The notes under the pieces were generated by a model that saw nothing but the letters and a program-made list of their open reading frames with translations, searched no databases and had not been told where the DNA came from. Below are positions 21,373 through 30,730 of a stretch of 64,000 nt of DNA, in pieces (the first letter of the stretch is position 1; the number at the start of each line of letters is the position of its first letter). Location: assembly GCA_963701095.1 (NCBI GenBank), contig OY969564.1, positions 96,001-160,000 of the forward strand, written 5' to 3'. Source of the stretch: an uncultured Methanoregulaceae archaeon (GTDB lineage: Archaea; Halobacteriota; Methanomicrobia; Methanomicrobiales; Methanospirillaceae). Both the position numbers and the translations under genes were made by a program.

Positions 21373-21738
21373 ATGAGCAAAAGGAAAAAGAACGCTATCA
21401 ACGATGATGGAACTGGCGAGTTCCCCTCAAGTGGCGGAGGAATAAGATTGTTTGGGGCGACATCAAGGCATGACTATGAGTTTTTAATAATGGATGGTAT
21501 TAAAAAAGGATTTACTACCACGCCAGAACTTCACAAATTTATAGAGGCTGGATTTAAAGACAAATTTAACGAGATAGATACATCATTTGTTACAATTTAC
21601 TCTACTCGTTGGCAAAAAAACGTTGATTGGAAAAAATATCTTATGAAAAACGATGGTTTAATTGAACAAGATGGGAAACAACTTTCGTTGACTGCTGAGG
21701 GAGTTGCCCGTTATTTACATTTGAGAAAGAATAGATAA
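21373..21738 (+). CDS. Mrr_N-like winged-helix protein (transposon cargo)
   Basis: RWQKNVDW..YLMKNDGLIE....LSLTAEG. Confidence 0.55.
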   Translation: MSKRKKNAINDDGTGEFPSSGGGIRLFGATSRHDYEFLIMDGIKKGFTTTPELHKFIEAGFKDKFNEIDTSFVTIYSTRWQKNVDWKKYLMKNDGLIEQDGKQLSLTAEGVARYLHLRKNR

Positions 21739-21748
21739 TGTAATTTCT

Positions 21749-22705
21749 TTAAAGGCTGCTCAACCAATTGCAGAGAGAGGCGAGTTGATCGGCATCGGTC
21801 ATATTTGCAGCATTTTTCAATGTTTCATTTTGAATCCGTTCCCATATTTCATCTGCCATACGTTGAGATATTGCAGCGGCGATAAAACATATTTCCGGGA
21901 ACGAATCCTCACGAGAAAATTTAGAGCGAATGTCACTCAATGCAGATCGCGTTGTTTTCCAACGTTCATCTGCACCTGCTGGATCGATACCGCCTTTCAA
22001 TTCACCTAATGCAAGAAACAGGGCAGGTGCTTTTTTTGCCCGAGGCAATTCTTCCCGTGAACATTTTATTAAATTAATATCAACATTTTTACCAACTAAC
22101 GGGATTCTAACGTCATAAATCAATGTTCTGTTTTGCCCGTTTTTCATCCAATTCAATCCCTTTACAAGAGGAGTAATATTCGCATCGTTGACATTGGTAT
22201 TTGGGGCGCGCGCCCACTTATCTGTATCACGATTGCACCAATAAAACGGAACACCCGCATTCCTTAAAGACGCTATAACTGCACTGGATACACGTTGTCG
22301 TGCCCAATATCCGACGATGTTGTTCATTGAACCCGCCAAGCTTCCGCCACTAATTAACAAAAAGCGAAATACCAACTCTTCAACAAAATTATTACCGGCC
22401 GGTTCAAGATATTCTCTGATCAATCCTTCGATAGCGGCTGTTTTTGCTTCTTCGGGAATGTTTCCCATGCTTTTATCAGATATTCCAGAAGCGGTGATCA
22501 ATGCGCTCCGTATCCCTCCAATCCCAATCAATTCTTGAGCAGTTCGGACTGTTGATGCTGTAGATTTCAACTGTCGTGCCTCTTCTATATATGGAGAGGC
22601 AATACGACTTTTTTCAAGCGCTTGAGCTACAAACGCAGCCCTGATTTCTTCACGGGTGGTTATAAGACTGGCCGCATTCGGCAAATGAGGTAGATTTGGT
22701 GGCAT
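21749..22705 (-). CDS. AvaI/BsoBI-family type II restriction endonuclease
   Basis: KNVD, LALGELKGGIDPAGADE.WKT, FVEELVFRFLL. Confidence 0.88.
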   Translation of the reverse strand: MPPNLPHLPNAASLITTREEIRAAFVAQALEKSRIASPYIEEARQLKSTASTVRTAQELIGIGGIRSALITASGISDKSMGNIPEEAKTAAIEGLIREYLEPAGNNFVEELVFRFLLISGGSLAGSMNNIVGYWARQRVSSAVIASLRNAGVPFYWCNRDTDKWARAPNTNVNDANITPLVKGLNWMKNGQNRTLIYDVRIPLVGKNVDINLIKCSREELPRAKKAPALFLALGELKGGIDPAGADERWKTTRSALSDIRSKFSREDSFPEICFIAAAISQRMADEIWERIQNETLKNAANMTDADQLASLCNWLSSL

Positions 22706-22746
22706 GATTAAATCTTATTTATGCCACAGTAAAATAAAAAATCATC

Positions 22747-24156
22747 TTATACTTTTTTCCAGCAATAGACACATTTTCTCAATGATGTTCGTCCGTGGGT
22801 TCCCATTTGCTGACTACTATTCCCTTTCCCCGTAGGAAGAACCAATATTTTTTCCACTTTAAACCCAAGATTCTCTGCAATACTCGACAAGATGGTATCA
22901 ACGGAAATATTGACCCCGGCATATCTCACATTGTCGTTTACCATGAACATGTATCCATCAGGTTTTAAAACACGGTGGCACTCTTTGATCACACATGCCA
23001 TCTCATAGAAATATCCACGAACCATACGAGGAATACCGGTGTTATTTAATTTATCCTGCTTTTTCAAATCTTCCAAATATCTCAATATCTCTTGCAAAAC
23101 CTCTTGGTCGTCGGTTATTTTTATGGCGTCTTTCCAGTCAGAATTCATTAAAATGAGATCCTTTGCACGATTCTCAACCGTGCAACTAATCATTTTCTGT
23201 CTCAAATCCCGCAATTTGTATTCATCGGTTCCAAGTAACGCCAGTTCTAGCGCGTATGTTCTCGTATAATCATACCGATTACAGTACGGCGGAGAGGTGA
23301 TAATAGTCTTATATGTGTCATCTTTTAACGTTTGCAAAATTTCAAGACACGATCCCTCATGAAGTATGATATCTCCATTCAGTATTGGCGATGATAGTTC
23401 TATACTAGGTGCAGTGTCAGTAATTATTTCGTTGAGTTTTTCGGTGATGGCACCACCGAATTCCAATATCGTTCCTTTATCAAACACGTTAGAATTTAGT
23501 TGCCCTCTGCCTGATCTTTGATCCCATCGAAGATATTGCCCATCTTTCCGAGTGTAACTGATTGATTCCAGAATACAAAGAAGTGCAAATTTTAAAACAA
23601 ACTGCACTCTTTTATTTTCTTTTGATAGCACATGCAGATAATTTTCTATCGCCAATTGTGTTTCTGGGGGGTACGCATTGTTTGTTATTTTTAATGCAAT
23701 GAATGGAGTTCTTTCCTGTGTTTTTATCCACGGCTTATTTTTTATCCACCGAAGAATTGTTTCACGATCTTTTTTCGTGAACTTTTGTTCCAAGCAGATT
23801 TTAGTCGTTATTATCTGATGTCCAATAGGAAGGAGTTCGATCCCATCCGCATCTAACCCCAATGCACTTGCGGTAAATAATGCAGTCCCACTCCCAGCAA
23901 ACGGATCTAACAATCTCCCCGACCGGATTCTATATTTCTTAAGGAGGTATTCTACGAGAGAGGCCGAAAACGCTTCCTTAAATTTATACCATCTGTAAAC
24001 AGGGCGCTTTTTATTATCTTGGAAACTTACGATCTGACGAGTTAGTTTTTTATCAATTATGATATTGTGTTGAAAATGATTTTCCAATAAGTGATCCATG
24101 TCGTCAATACGAGATATTGATTCTTTTTCTGAAAGAATTCCCATAAGTTCTACCAT
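22747..24156 (-). CDS. N4-cytosine DNA methyltransferase (M.BsoBI/M.AvaI-like)
   Basis: RWYKFKEAFS, DPFAGSGT, SYTRKDGQYLRWD, TSPPYCNRYDY. Confidence 0.9.
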   Translation of the reverse strand: MVELMGILSEKESISRIDDMDHLLENHFQHNIIIDKKLTRQIVSFQDNKKRPVYRWYKFKEAFSASLVEYLLKKYRIRSGRLLDPFAGSGTALFTASALGLDADGIELLPIGHQIITTKICLEQKFTKKDRETILRWIKNKPWIKTQERTPFIALKITNNAYPPETQLAIENYLHVLSKENKRVQFVLKFALLCILESISYTRKDGQYLRWDQRSGRGQLNSNVFDKGTILEFGGAITEKLNEIITDTAPSIELSSPILNGDIILHEGSCLEILQTLKDDTYKTIITSPPYCNRYDYTRTYALELALLGTDEYKLRDLRQKMISCTVENRAKDLILMNSDWKDAIKITDDQEVLQEILRYLEDLKKQDKLNNTGIPRMVRGYFYEMACVIKECHRVLKPDGYMFMVNDNVRYAGVNISVDTILSSIAENLGFKVEKILVLPTGKGNSSQQMGTHGRTSLRKCVYCWKKV

Positions 24157-24184
24157 GATTACAACGGCTCTATTAATACGCCTT

Positions 24185-24346
24185 TCATTTTCTTATTCGT
24201 TCCCGATCCCAATACGGGGACTTACATTTCGGATTCGGGCATACCTTCGGGAGTTTGTCCGGGTCTTTGGGATACCATTCGTGCCCACATCTAAGGCACG
24301 TCAATTTCTGATTAATCTCTTTACCGCAATGAGGACATCTCGCCAT
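24185..24346 (-). CDS. 53-aa zinc-finger microprotein divergent from the transposase (not in the ORF track)
   Basis: MARCPHCGKEINQKLTCLRCGHEWYPKDPDKLPKVCPNPKCKSPYWDRERIRK; AGAGGTG RBS. Confidence 0.8.
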   Translation of the reverse strand: MARCPHCGKEINQKLTCLRCGHEWYPKDPDKLPKVCPNPKCKSPYWDRERIRK

Positions 24347-24399
24347 AAAGTAACACCTCTACTGATTGATATAACTTAATCATCCAAAGTATATATTCC

Positions 24400-24450
24400 T
24401 GCCGGTATGTATCCCCTTCGGTATGTATACCGTTAGGTATATATCCCTTA
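24400..24450. promoter_or_regulatory. Three GGTATRTAT repeats (~16-bp period) between the divergent Zn-finger and transposase genes
   Basis: CGGTATGTATCCC / CGGTATGTATACC / AGGTATATATCCC. Confidence 0.45.
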
Positions 24451-24475
24451 AGGGACATAGTATAGGTAGTGAATT

Positions 24476-25717
24476 GTGATGACACAAACCCACGAACCCC
24501 TAACCACCAGCCGCGAAAAGAGGGGGCGAGCAATCGCAGAAAAGAGCGGTCAGATCCAGAAAGTCAAAGATAACCAGTACAAGGTAAGGTCACAGTCCGG
24601 CAACGGTTCCTATGAAATCAAAATCGGCAAGAATGGGGCCGAATGCAGTTGCCCGGATTTCCAGACCCGGCACCTGCCCTGCAAGCATATTCTCGGACTT
24701 CGCTATTACCTAGAAGTGCAGAAGGACACCCCCGAAGGCACTGTAACCGAAAAGGTACGTCTGACTTATTCCCAAGCGTGGAGCGCGTACAATGCTGCAC
24801 AGATCGAAGAAATCAAAATCTTCGATGCTCTGTTGAAGGATTTAGTAAAAGCAATCCCTGAGCCGGAACAGAAGATGGGGCGCCCACGCATACCGATGAG
24901 TGAAAACCTGTTCTGTGCTATTCAGAAGGTTTACTCTCAGTTATCCAGCCGTCGCGCTCACAGCCTCTTCCAGAATGCGGTAGAAAAGAAGCAGATCGAT
25001 CACGCGCCTTACTTCAATGCACCATCGGCCCTGTTCAACAAGCCCGAAATAACACCTATCCTTCAGGAGTTAGTCACGCTATCAGCGTTACCCGTTGCTG
25101 AGCTTGAAACAGACTTTGCGATTGACTCCACGGGATTCCGGACTACAACCTTTAGCGAATACTGTGGAATGAAACACGGGCAGAAGAAGGCTCACCGATG
25201 GATCAAGGCACACATGGCAACCGGCATTAAGACCAACATCGTTACCTGCATCGAAGTCACCGCTGGGAACGCCCACGATTCCACGCAATTCAAGCCCCTC
25301 GTTAAAGACATCTCAATGAATTTTAATATCCATGAAATTTCCGCCGACAAAGCTTACTCATCCCGTGACAATTACGAGGCCGTGAACGCAGTCGGTGGAA
25401 CTGCGTATATTCCGTTCAAGAGCCACGCAACTGGTAAGACTCGTGGTTCCCCCATCTGGAAAAAGATGTACCACTATTTCCAACTGAACAAGGATGAGTT
25501 CATGGAGCACTATCACAAGCGAAGTAACACTGAGTCAACCAACGCGGCCATCAAAAGGAAATTTGGGGAGACACTGAAATCGAAAAACCAGACCGCTCAG
25601 ATCAATGAACTTCTAGCAAAGATTATCGCCTACAATCTGACGGTAGTAATTCATGAGATGTATGAGAATGGGATCTCGCCAGACTTCCTGCACGTAAAGT
25701 CCGGAGCCTGCACGTAA
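24476..25717 (+). CDS. DDE transposase (IS4/IS5-like) with N-terminal SWIM zinc finger
   Basis: CSCPDF...CKH SWIM; AIDSTGF, WIKAH, ADKAYSS, YHKRSNTES...IKRKFG. Confidence 0.92.
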   Translation: MMTQTHEPLTTSREKRGRAIAEKSGQIQKVKDNQYKVRSQSGNGSYEIKIGKNGAECSCPDFQTRHLPCKHILGLRYYLEVQKDTPEGTVTEKVRLTYSQAWSAYNAAQIEEIKIFDALLKDLVKAIPEPEQKMGRPRIPMSENLFCAIQKVYSQLSSRRAHSLFQNAVEKKQIDHAPYFNAPSALFNKPEITPILQELVTLSALPVAELETDFAIDSTGFRTTTFSEYCGMKHGQKKAHRWIKAHMATGIKTNIVTCIEVTAGNAHDSTQFKPLVKDISMNFNIHEISADKAYSSRDNYEAVNAVGGTAYIPFKSHATGKTRGSPIWKKMYHYFQLNKDEFMEHYHKRSNTESTNAAIKRKFGETLKSKNQTAQINELLAKIIAYNLTVVIHEMYENGISPDFLHVKSGACT

Positions 25718-26550
25718 TGTCGGGTCAAATCCCTACTTTACGTGCAAAGCCGAATTCATGCCCCATTTATCCAGGTCTGACAAAAGGCTCTTTTGAAATT
25801 ACGGGTGAAAAACAATTATGTAAATCTTGCATGAGTAAAATTTTTGATGATATCCATGCGAAAGAGGTAGCAGATATTTCAATTTGTATGAAAGAGAAAA
25901 GGTTTGATGATGCTATTAAAATTTTTCAATCTATTTTCAATAACGAATCTGATAAAAACTGGTATAATCTTGGGAATTTGTACTACAATAAATTACAACT
26001 TTCTGACGCATTAGATTGTTATGATAATGCATTGTTCTTGAATACACATTACATAAAAGCATGGTATAGGAAGGGGACAATATTGTATAGCATATCAAAA
26101 CTTCAAGATGTTGAAAAACTCAAAGATTCTGCACAATGCTTTAAGAATATTCTCCTTTTAGATCCGAAAAATAAATATGGGTGGAACAATGCATCTACAT
26201 TTTTTATTGCATTATGCAGCATTTCTATTCATAATCGTTTTTTTCAAGACGGTAGCGATACAACACAAACAAACCAAGAAGTTCAAAAATGGGTTTCATT
26301 AAATCTAAATAATAAATATCCCAAAGATCTCGCAAGCGATCTTAAAAATCACCTTACTGGAAAGGCGGGTCGAGAACTTCTTAATGGACTTATTGATTGG
26401 TGGTTTTTAAATCATAAAAAAATATTGGATGCTCTTGAACCAAAAATTGGAGATATTAATCTTTATCCTGATGAAAGTAATGCCATAGAAAGAGTTTACG
26501 TTACGGCCGAAAACGCGAAGATTCCTGATAATTTCTCTAAAAAAATCTGA
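25717..26550 (+). CDS. TPR protein (3' part of the interrupted gene, with a new start supplied by the transposon end)
   Basis: WYNLGN..., AWYRKG TPR units; CKSC. Confidence 0.75.
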   Translation: MSGQIPTLRAKPNSCPIYPGLTKGSFEITGEKQLCKSCMSKIFDDIHAKEVADISICMKEKRFDDAIKIFQSIFNNESDKNWYNLGNLYYNKLQLSDALDCYDNALFLNTHYIKAWYRKGTILYSISKLQDVEKLKDSAQCFKNILLLDPKNKYGWNNASTFFIALCSISIHNRFFQDGSDTTQTNQEVQKWVSLNLNNKYPKDLASDLKNHLTGKAGRELLNGLIDWWFLNHKKILDALEPKIGDINLYPDESNAIERVYVTAENAKIPDNFSKKI

Positions 26551-26559
26551 AATTCAATA

Positions 26560-26902
26560 TTTTAATGAGGGTAATGAGTTTACCAAAGACGGTCAATATG
26601 CAGATGCTGTTGCATCATATGACAAGGTGCTTGCAATCAATCCGATAATTATAGGGCATGGAGCAAACGACGATAGGCTCTGTGTAATCTCGGTCGATAT
26701 TCAGAAGCGGCTGAATCTGATAAAAAATAGTTTATTATTTTTCATTTCTCATGAAGCTGAATTAGGAATGTTACCTGAAGAGATGGAATTTGGTATAACT
26801 ACAGATCCCTGTGTCAGACCTTTTATCATAGCATTTGCCATTAATCCAAATTCTGCAGGAGCGAAACAGAATCTAGAAATTGCGCTCAAAAAGATAACCT
26901 GA
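26560..26902 (+). pseudogene. Degenerate TPR gene remnant
   Basis: GQYADAVASYDKVLAINP...AFAINPNSAGAKQNLEIALKKIT in shifting frames. Confidence 0.55.
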
Positions 26903-26994
26903 TTTATACCTCGATGGGCAAGGACAGTTCTGTCAAGTCTTCTGTATAATTTCTTTTTACCTTTATAATTTTTCAATAAAAATCCCGTCTCCAG

Positions 26995-28389
26995 ATGCCG
27001 GAGATACCCCTGCTCGGTTCGCTGCAATCTTACACAGTAGCCGCCGCTGCTGATGGTGCACTCCTCGCACAAGGCCCTCTTTTCACCGCAAACAAGATCA
27101 ACAAAAACGGCTGGGGTATTCCCGAAGATGAAGCAGAGCATTTCGCCGCCTCGTTTACGGGAATGCCAATCCGGTATTGTCCGAAAGGGGTAGATACCGT
27201 TGCCAAAGACGGATCGCCGATTCCTGCCGCTCACTACTGCGACGCCATAAACAGCAGCCGAACGATTGTCGGGAACATTGAAAGCGTCTATCCGGTGGGA
27301 AAAGATGCCGATGATCGGACGATCTACGACATGAAAGCCCGGATTACAGACCCGAAGACCGTCAACGGCATTAAGGATGGCACCATCCCCGCGAGCTGGA
27401 GCCTGTGGGCATACGCCATAAAAGAATCCAACGACGGCATGATGCGGGGATGTCAGGGAAAGAGTGCAAGCATCGTCAGCGATCCGGCATACGCTGAGGC
27501 CCGGTTCCAGTGGCAGGCAATCGCAGCCTCCGCCGCTCCGGACCTTTGGAGCAGGGGTATCTACGAACAAGGAGCCAGAATGGCCGACGACAAACCAGAA
27601 AACCAGACAACGCTACCCGGGGTTACCCCAGTGGCAGCGGCTACCGGCGGTATCACCCAGGTATTCAACCTGGGCGCTGCTGCATCCGGTGATGGAACGA
27701 CCGATGGAAAAGAAAGTGCCGATGACCCCAAACCCGCCGAGAACAACGCAGTCTGTGCGAAATGCAAAGAACCCCTCCCGGCCTCTGCCAAGTTCTGCCC
27801 GGCGTGTGGCACATCGCTCCATGCTTCCTGCTCGAACTGTTCATCAACCATACCCCCGGGTGCGAAGTTCTGCCCGGCGTGTGGAAACCCGGCAGCTGCT
27901 CCTGATGGCAATATGAACACCACAGTTGGTGACAACTCCGTTGCTGCCTCACTGGTTGATAAGCTCGTTGAACAGAAACTCGCCGCCCGGCTCGACCAGG
28001 AAAAACGCCAGTCCCTTGCAGCCTCAATTGCACAGGTACAGGTCAAGACCGGCGTCCTCCAGCCGGCAGACACCGAGAAACGCATCGTTGAACTCATTGC
28101 ACTCCCGGCAGCAACCCTCGAAACCGAACTCAACAACTACTGCATGATCGCTGACAAACTCGGCAAACCGGTAGAGCAGGGTATGCGAAGCGGCCAGATC
28201 CCCGCTGCAGCAGCGTCAACCAATAATGGACTGCCGAAGATCCCCATGCCGGCCAATTACCGGGCAATCCTGAAACAGGCGCTCGGTATCGATGGCAGAG
28301 GCATGACAGATGCAGATATCCTCAAGTATGGCATTGCGAGGACTCCCGCCGGGGTCTGGCAGGGTTCGTACCATTCCAGCGAGGGATAA
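26995..28389 (+). CDS. Prohead protease/scaffold-like protein with double zinc ribbon
   Basis: Position before the capsid gene; INKNGW, SIVSDPAY protease-like motifs; CAKC...FCPACG...CSNC...FCPACG; coiled-coil C-terminus. Confidence 0.65.
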   Translation: MPEIPLLGSLQSYTVAAAADGALLAQGPLFTANKINKNGWGIPEDEAEHFAASFTGMPIRYCPKGVDTVAKDGSPIPAAHYCDAINSSRTIVGNIESVYPVGKDADDRTIYDMKARITDPKTVNGIKDGTIPASWSLWAYAIKESNDGMMRGCQGKSASIVSDPAYAEARFQWQAIAASAAPDLWSRGIYEQGARMADDKPENQTTLPGVTPVAAATGGITQVFNLGAAASGDGTTDGKESADDPKPAENNAVCAKCKEPLPASAKFCPACGTSLHASCSNCSSTIPPGAKFCPACGNPAAAPDGNMNTTVGDNSVAASLVDKLVEQKLAARLDQEKRQSLAASIAQVQVKTGVLQPADTEKRIVELIALPAATLETELNNYCMIADKLGKPVEQGMRSGQIPAAAASTNNGLPKIPMPANYRAILKQALGIDGRGMTDADILKYGIARTPAGVWQGSYHSSEG

Positions 28390-28392
28390 ACC

Positions 28393-29291
28393 ATGACAAA
28401 CCTTACCTATCCTATCGATATTCCTGAACGGCAGGGCAAGACCGTAAACCGTGGTGTTGCTGCCGGCGTCCCGATCTTCAAAGGTGGCCTCCTTGAACTC
28501 AACGTTCGCGGGTACGTCCAGCCGTTCTGCCCGACCGACAACCTGCCCTTCGCCGGTATTGCCGCAGAAGGTTCGATAGTCCCGATCTCCCCGCTCCAGG
28601 CCACGCTTGTTGGTACAACTGATGGATGGGCAACGGTTGGAGTCCAGATCACCGGCCTGCATAAGTTCTCGTACCCGCAGCCTCAGTCACCAACATCAAT
28701 GCCCTGGTATACACCGCTGGCGACGACAACACGATCTCGCTCGTAGAAAACGGGCAGCCGATTGGTATCGTCCAGGACTACGAGAGCGGTTATCTCTGGG
28801 TCAATATCACCGGATTTGCCTCCAGTCTCCCGCAGCGGCTTGATCCGGTCGGCGTGATCAATGTCCCCTTCAGCCTTGCAACTGGTACCCAGTACACCGG
28901 TATTACCCTTCCTCCCCGTGCCATTGTGATGGATGTGATCGTTGAATTTACGACCCCCCTCACTGGCGCTTCTGTCAGTCTTGGCCTTGCGACAATTGCG
29001 AACGGCAGCCTGAATAACAACTGCCTCGTGAATGGTTCGCTCAGCCCGGCCACCGGTTCACCGGGATTCGTTGATCTCATCTTCGAGTCCACAACGTCTG
29101 CGAACATTACGCTCGGTGCATTTCTGAACCAGGCAACCATCAAGTCCGGGGATGCAACCCCAATCTACGCAGCGACCCAGAAGTACTACGCTTCACCACA
29201 GAACCCGACCCTGACCCAGTTCGCCGCAACGGCGGTAGCAGCAGCAACCCCGATCACGGGTGTCTTCCACGTCCAGTTTATGGTGGTCTAA
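28393..29291 (+). CDS. Capsid cement/decoration protein (DUF2190/Mu gp35-like N-terminus); one frameshift near 28675
   Basis: VAAGVPIFKGGL, FAGIAAE, then VYTAGDDNTI..PIGIV...WVNI in frame with ORF 28854-29291. Confidence 0.6.
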
Positions 29292-29293
29292 CC

Positions 29294-30277
29294 ATGCCCG
29301 TTGGTTTATCCGATCTTTATCCCGAATTTACGCAGCTCCTGATCCAGACCCAGTTTTTCCGGATTTACGATATCTATGTACCTGACGATTACGGCCTGTT
29401 TACGCAGGTAGTCCCCTCCACCAAAGAAGCCGAAGTCTACCCGACGATGGGTGCAGTTCCGCAGATGTCGCTTTTTGAAGGGGAACGGAAATTCTCCGGT
29501 ATCGGGAACAAACAGACCTTCATGGTCTTCAACAAGTCCTTCGATACCGGCATCAAGATCCCCCTGACAGTCTTCCAGGACGACCAGTACGGGATCCTGA
29601 CCCAGAAGATCGCCGAGCTTGCCATGGAAGGAAAACGGTTGCCCGTTTCCCTCGTGTACAGTGTCCTCCACAACGGAGCCCAGACCAGCGGGTCCAACTA
29701 TCAGGCCGGTTTTGACGGTCTCCCGCTCTATTCCCAGGACCACCAGGGTGTCGGTTCGGCATTCCAGAGCAATATGCTTGGCGGCACGAACACGCTCAAC
29801 GCTACAAACCTTCAGGAAGTCATCGCAAACATGCGGACCCTGACCGACCAGACCGGCAGGCCGCTGGGGATTATCCCGGACACGCTCATCGTTCCACCAA
29901 TGCTTGAGATTCCCGCCAAGCAGCTACTCCACTCGGCATTCTTCATGTCGGTTGGCACCGCTTCATCGCAGAACACCACCGCGTCAACCCCCGCTGGCGT
30001 CTACAATATCCCAACCAGCAACGAGTTCGGCGGTATCCTGAAGAAAATCATTGTCAACGAATACCTCACGAGCCCGTCCGAATGGCATGTTGCCTGTACC
30101 GGAAGGATGACCAAACCGGTTTTGCTCCAAGAGCGACAGGCACCAATGCTGACGGTCAAGATGGACCCGAACACCAGCGACGACGTGATGAAGGAAAACA
30201 ATGCGTTTGCCTCCATCTATGCACGGTGGGGAGCTGCCCCCGGCAACTGGATGACCGTCTACCAGGGAAGCTCCTGA
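29294..30277 (+). CDS. Major capsid protein, Mu gpT-like (HK97 fold)
   Basis: VPST..E.Y..MGAVPQM, DDQYG, FDGLPLYSQDH, GRPLGIIPDTLIVPP.LE, KPVLLQER. Confidence 0.88.
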   Translation: MPVGLSDLYPEFTQLLIQTQFFRIYDIYVPDDYGLFTQVVPSTKEAEVYPTMGAVPQMSLFEGERKFSGIGNKQTFMVFNKSFDTGIKIPLTVFQDDQYGILTQKIAELAMEGKRLPVSLVYSVLHNGAQTSGSNYQAGFDGLPLYSQDHQGVGSAFQSNMLGGTNTLNATNLQEVIANMRTLTDQTGRPLGIIPDTLIVPPMLEIPAKQLLHSAFFMSVGTASSQNTTASTPAGVYNIPTSNEFGGILKKIIVNEYLTSPSEWHVACTGRMTKPVLLQERQAPMLTVKMDPNTSDDVMKENNAFASIYARWGAAPGNWMTVYQGSS

Positions 30278-30304
30278 TCTCACCTCTCATTTTTCAGGAT
30301 TCCA

Positions 30305-30730
30305 ATGACCGGCTTGATCTGGGCTAACGATATCGCGGCGATGCTTGAAACCGGATGCAGTTACTCCCAGGCGACGGTTGATGCCCTCGGCGCCGTCGTT
30401 GAGCAGTTCATCCAGGCCGAGCTTGACATGAACGGTTTACCGATTAACCCGGCCAACACGGCCGGGAGCGGTGTCGGCATGCTCATGGTCGCATCCCAGA
30501 ACTGGCTCTGCCGGGATATCCGGATCATGCAGAAGCATGACGGCACGATCCCGAACAGTCTCTCTGCCGGCCCGACACGGGAAGACGTTGCGATTGATGT
30601 CAGTATCAAATTTTACGATGATAAGGGACGGGCTGCACTTGACAAGTACATCCTGAGCCAGGCCGGCGACGAAGAGGACGACGAAGCACAGTATGCCGGG
30701 CTGATAGCCCTTGCCGGGGAAGATCTGTGA
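30305..30730 (+). CDS. Head-tail adaptor (putative)
   Basis: Position after the capsid gene; size. Confidence 0.55.
   Translation: MTGLIWANDIAAMLETGCSYSQATVDALGAVVEQFIQAELDMNGLPINPANTAGSGVGMLMVASQNWLCRDIRIMQKHDGTIPNSLSAGPTREDVAIDVSIKFYDDKGRAALDKYILSQAGDEEDDEAQYAGLIALAGEDL

Larger units (their letters stand above)
21241..25751. mobile_element. 4,511-bp cargo-carrying DDE transposon (IS5/IS903-like ends)
   Basis: Perfect 15-bp TIR GGCTTTGCACGTAAA (21241-55; inverted at 25737-51); 9-bp TSD GAATTCATG at 21232-40 and 25752-60; subterminal TGCACGTAA repeats. Confidence 0.93.

Noticed and set aside
26749..28136. Long antisense ORFs over structural genes (also 5764-6456, 8483-9187, 58102-58989)
   Set aside because: Shadows of GC-rich sense genes with no motifs
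28197..28210. 14-bp match GATCCCCGCTGCAG between a spacer (~54318-54350) and the scaffold gene
   Set aside because: Flanks do not match; too short to call self-targeting
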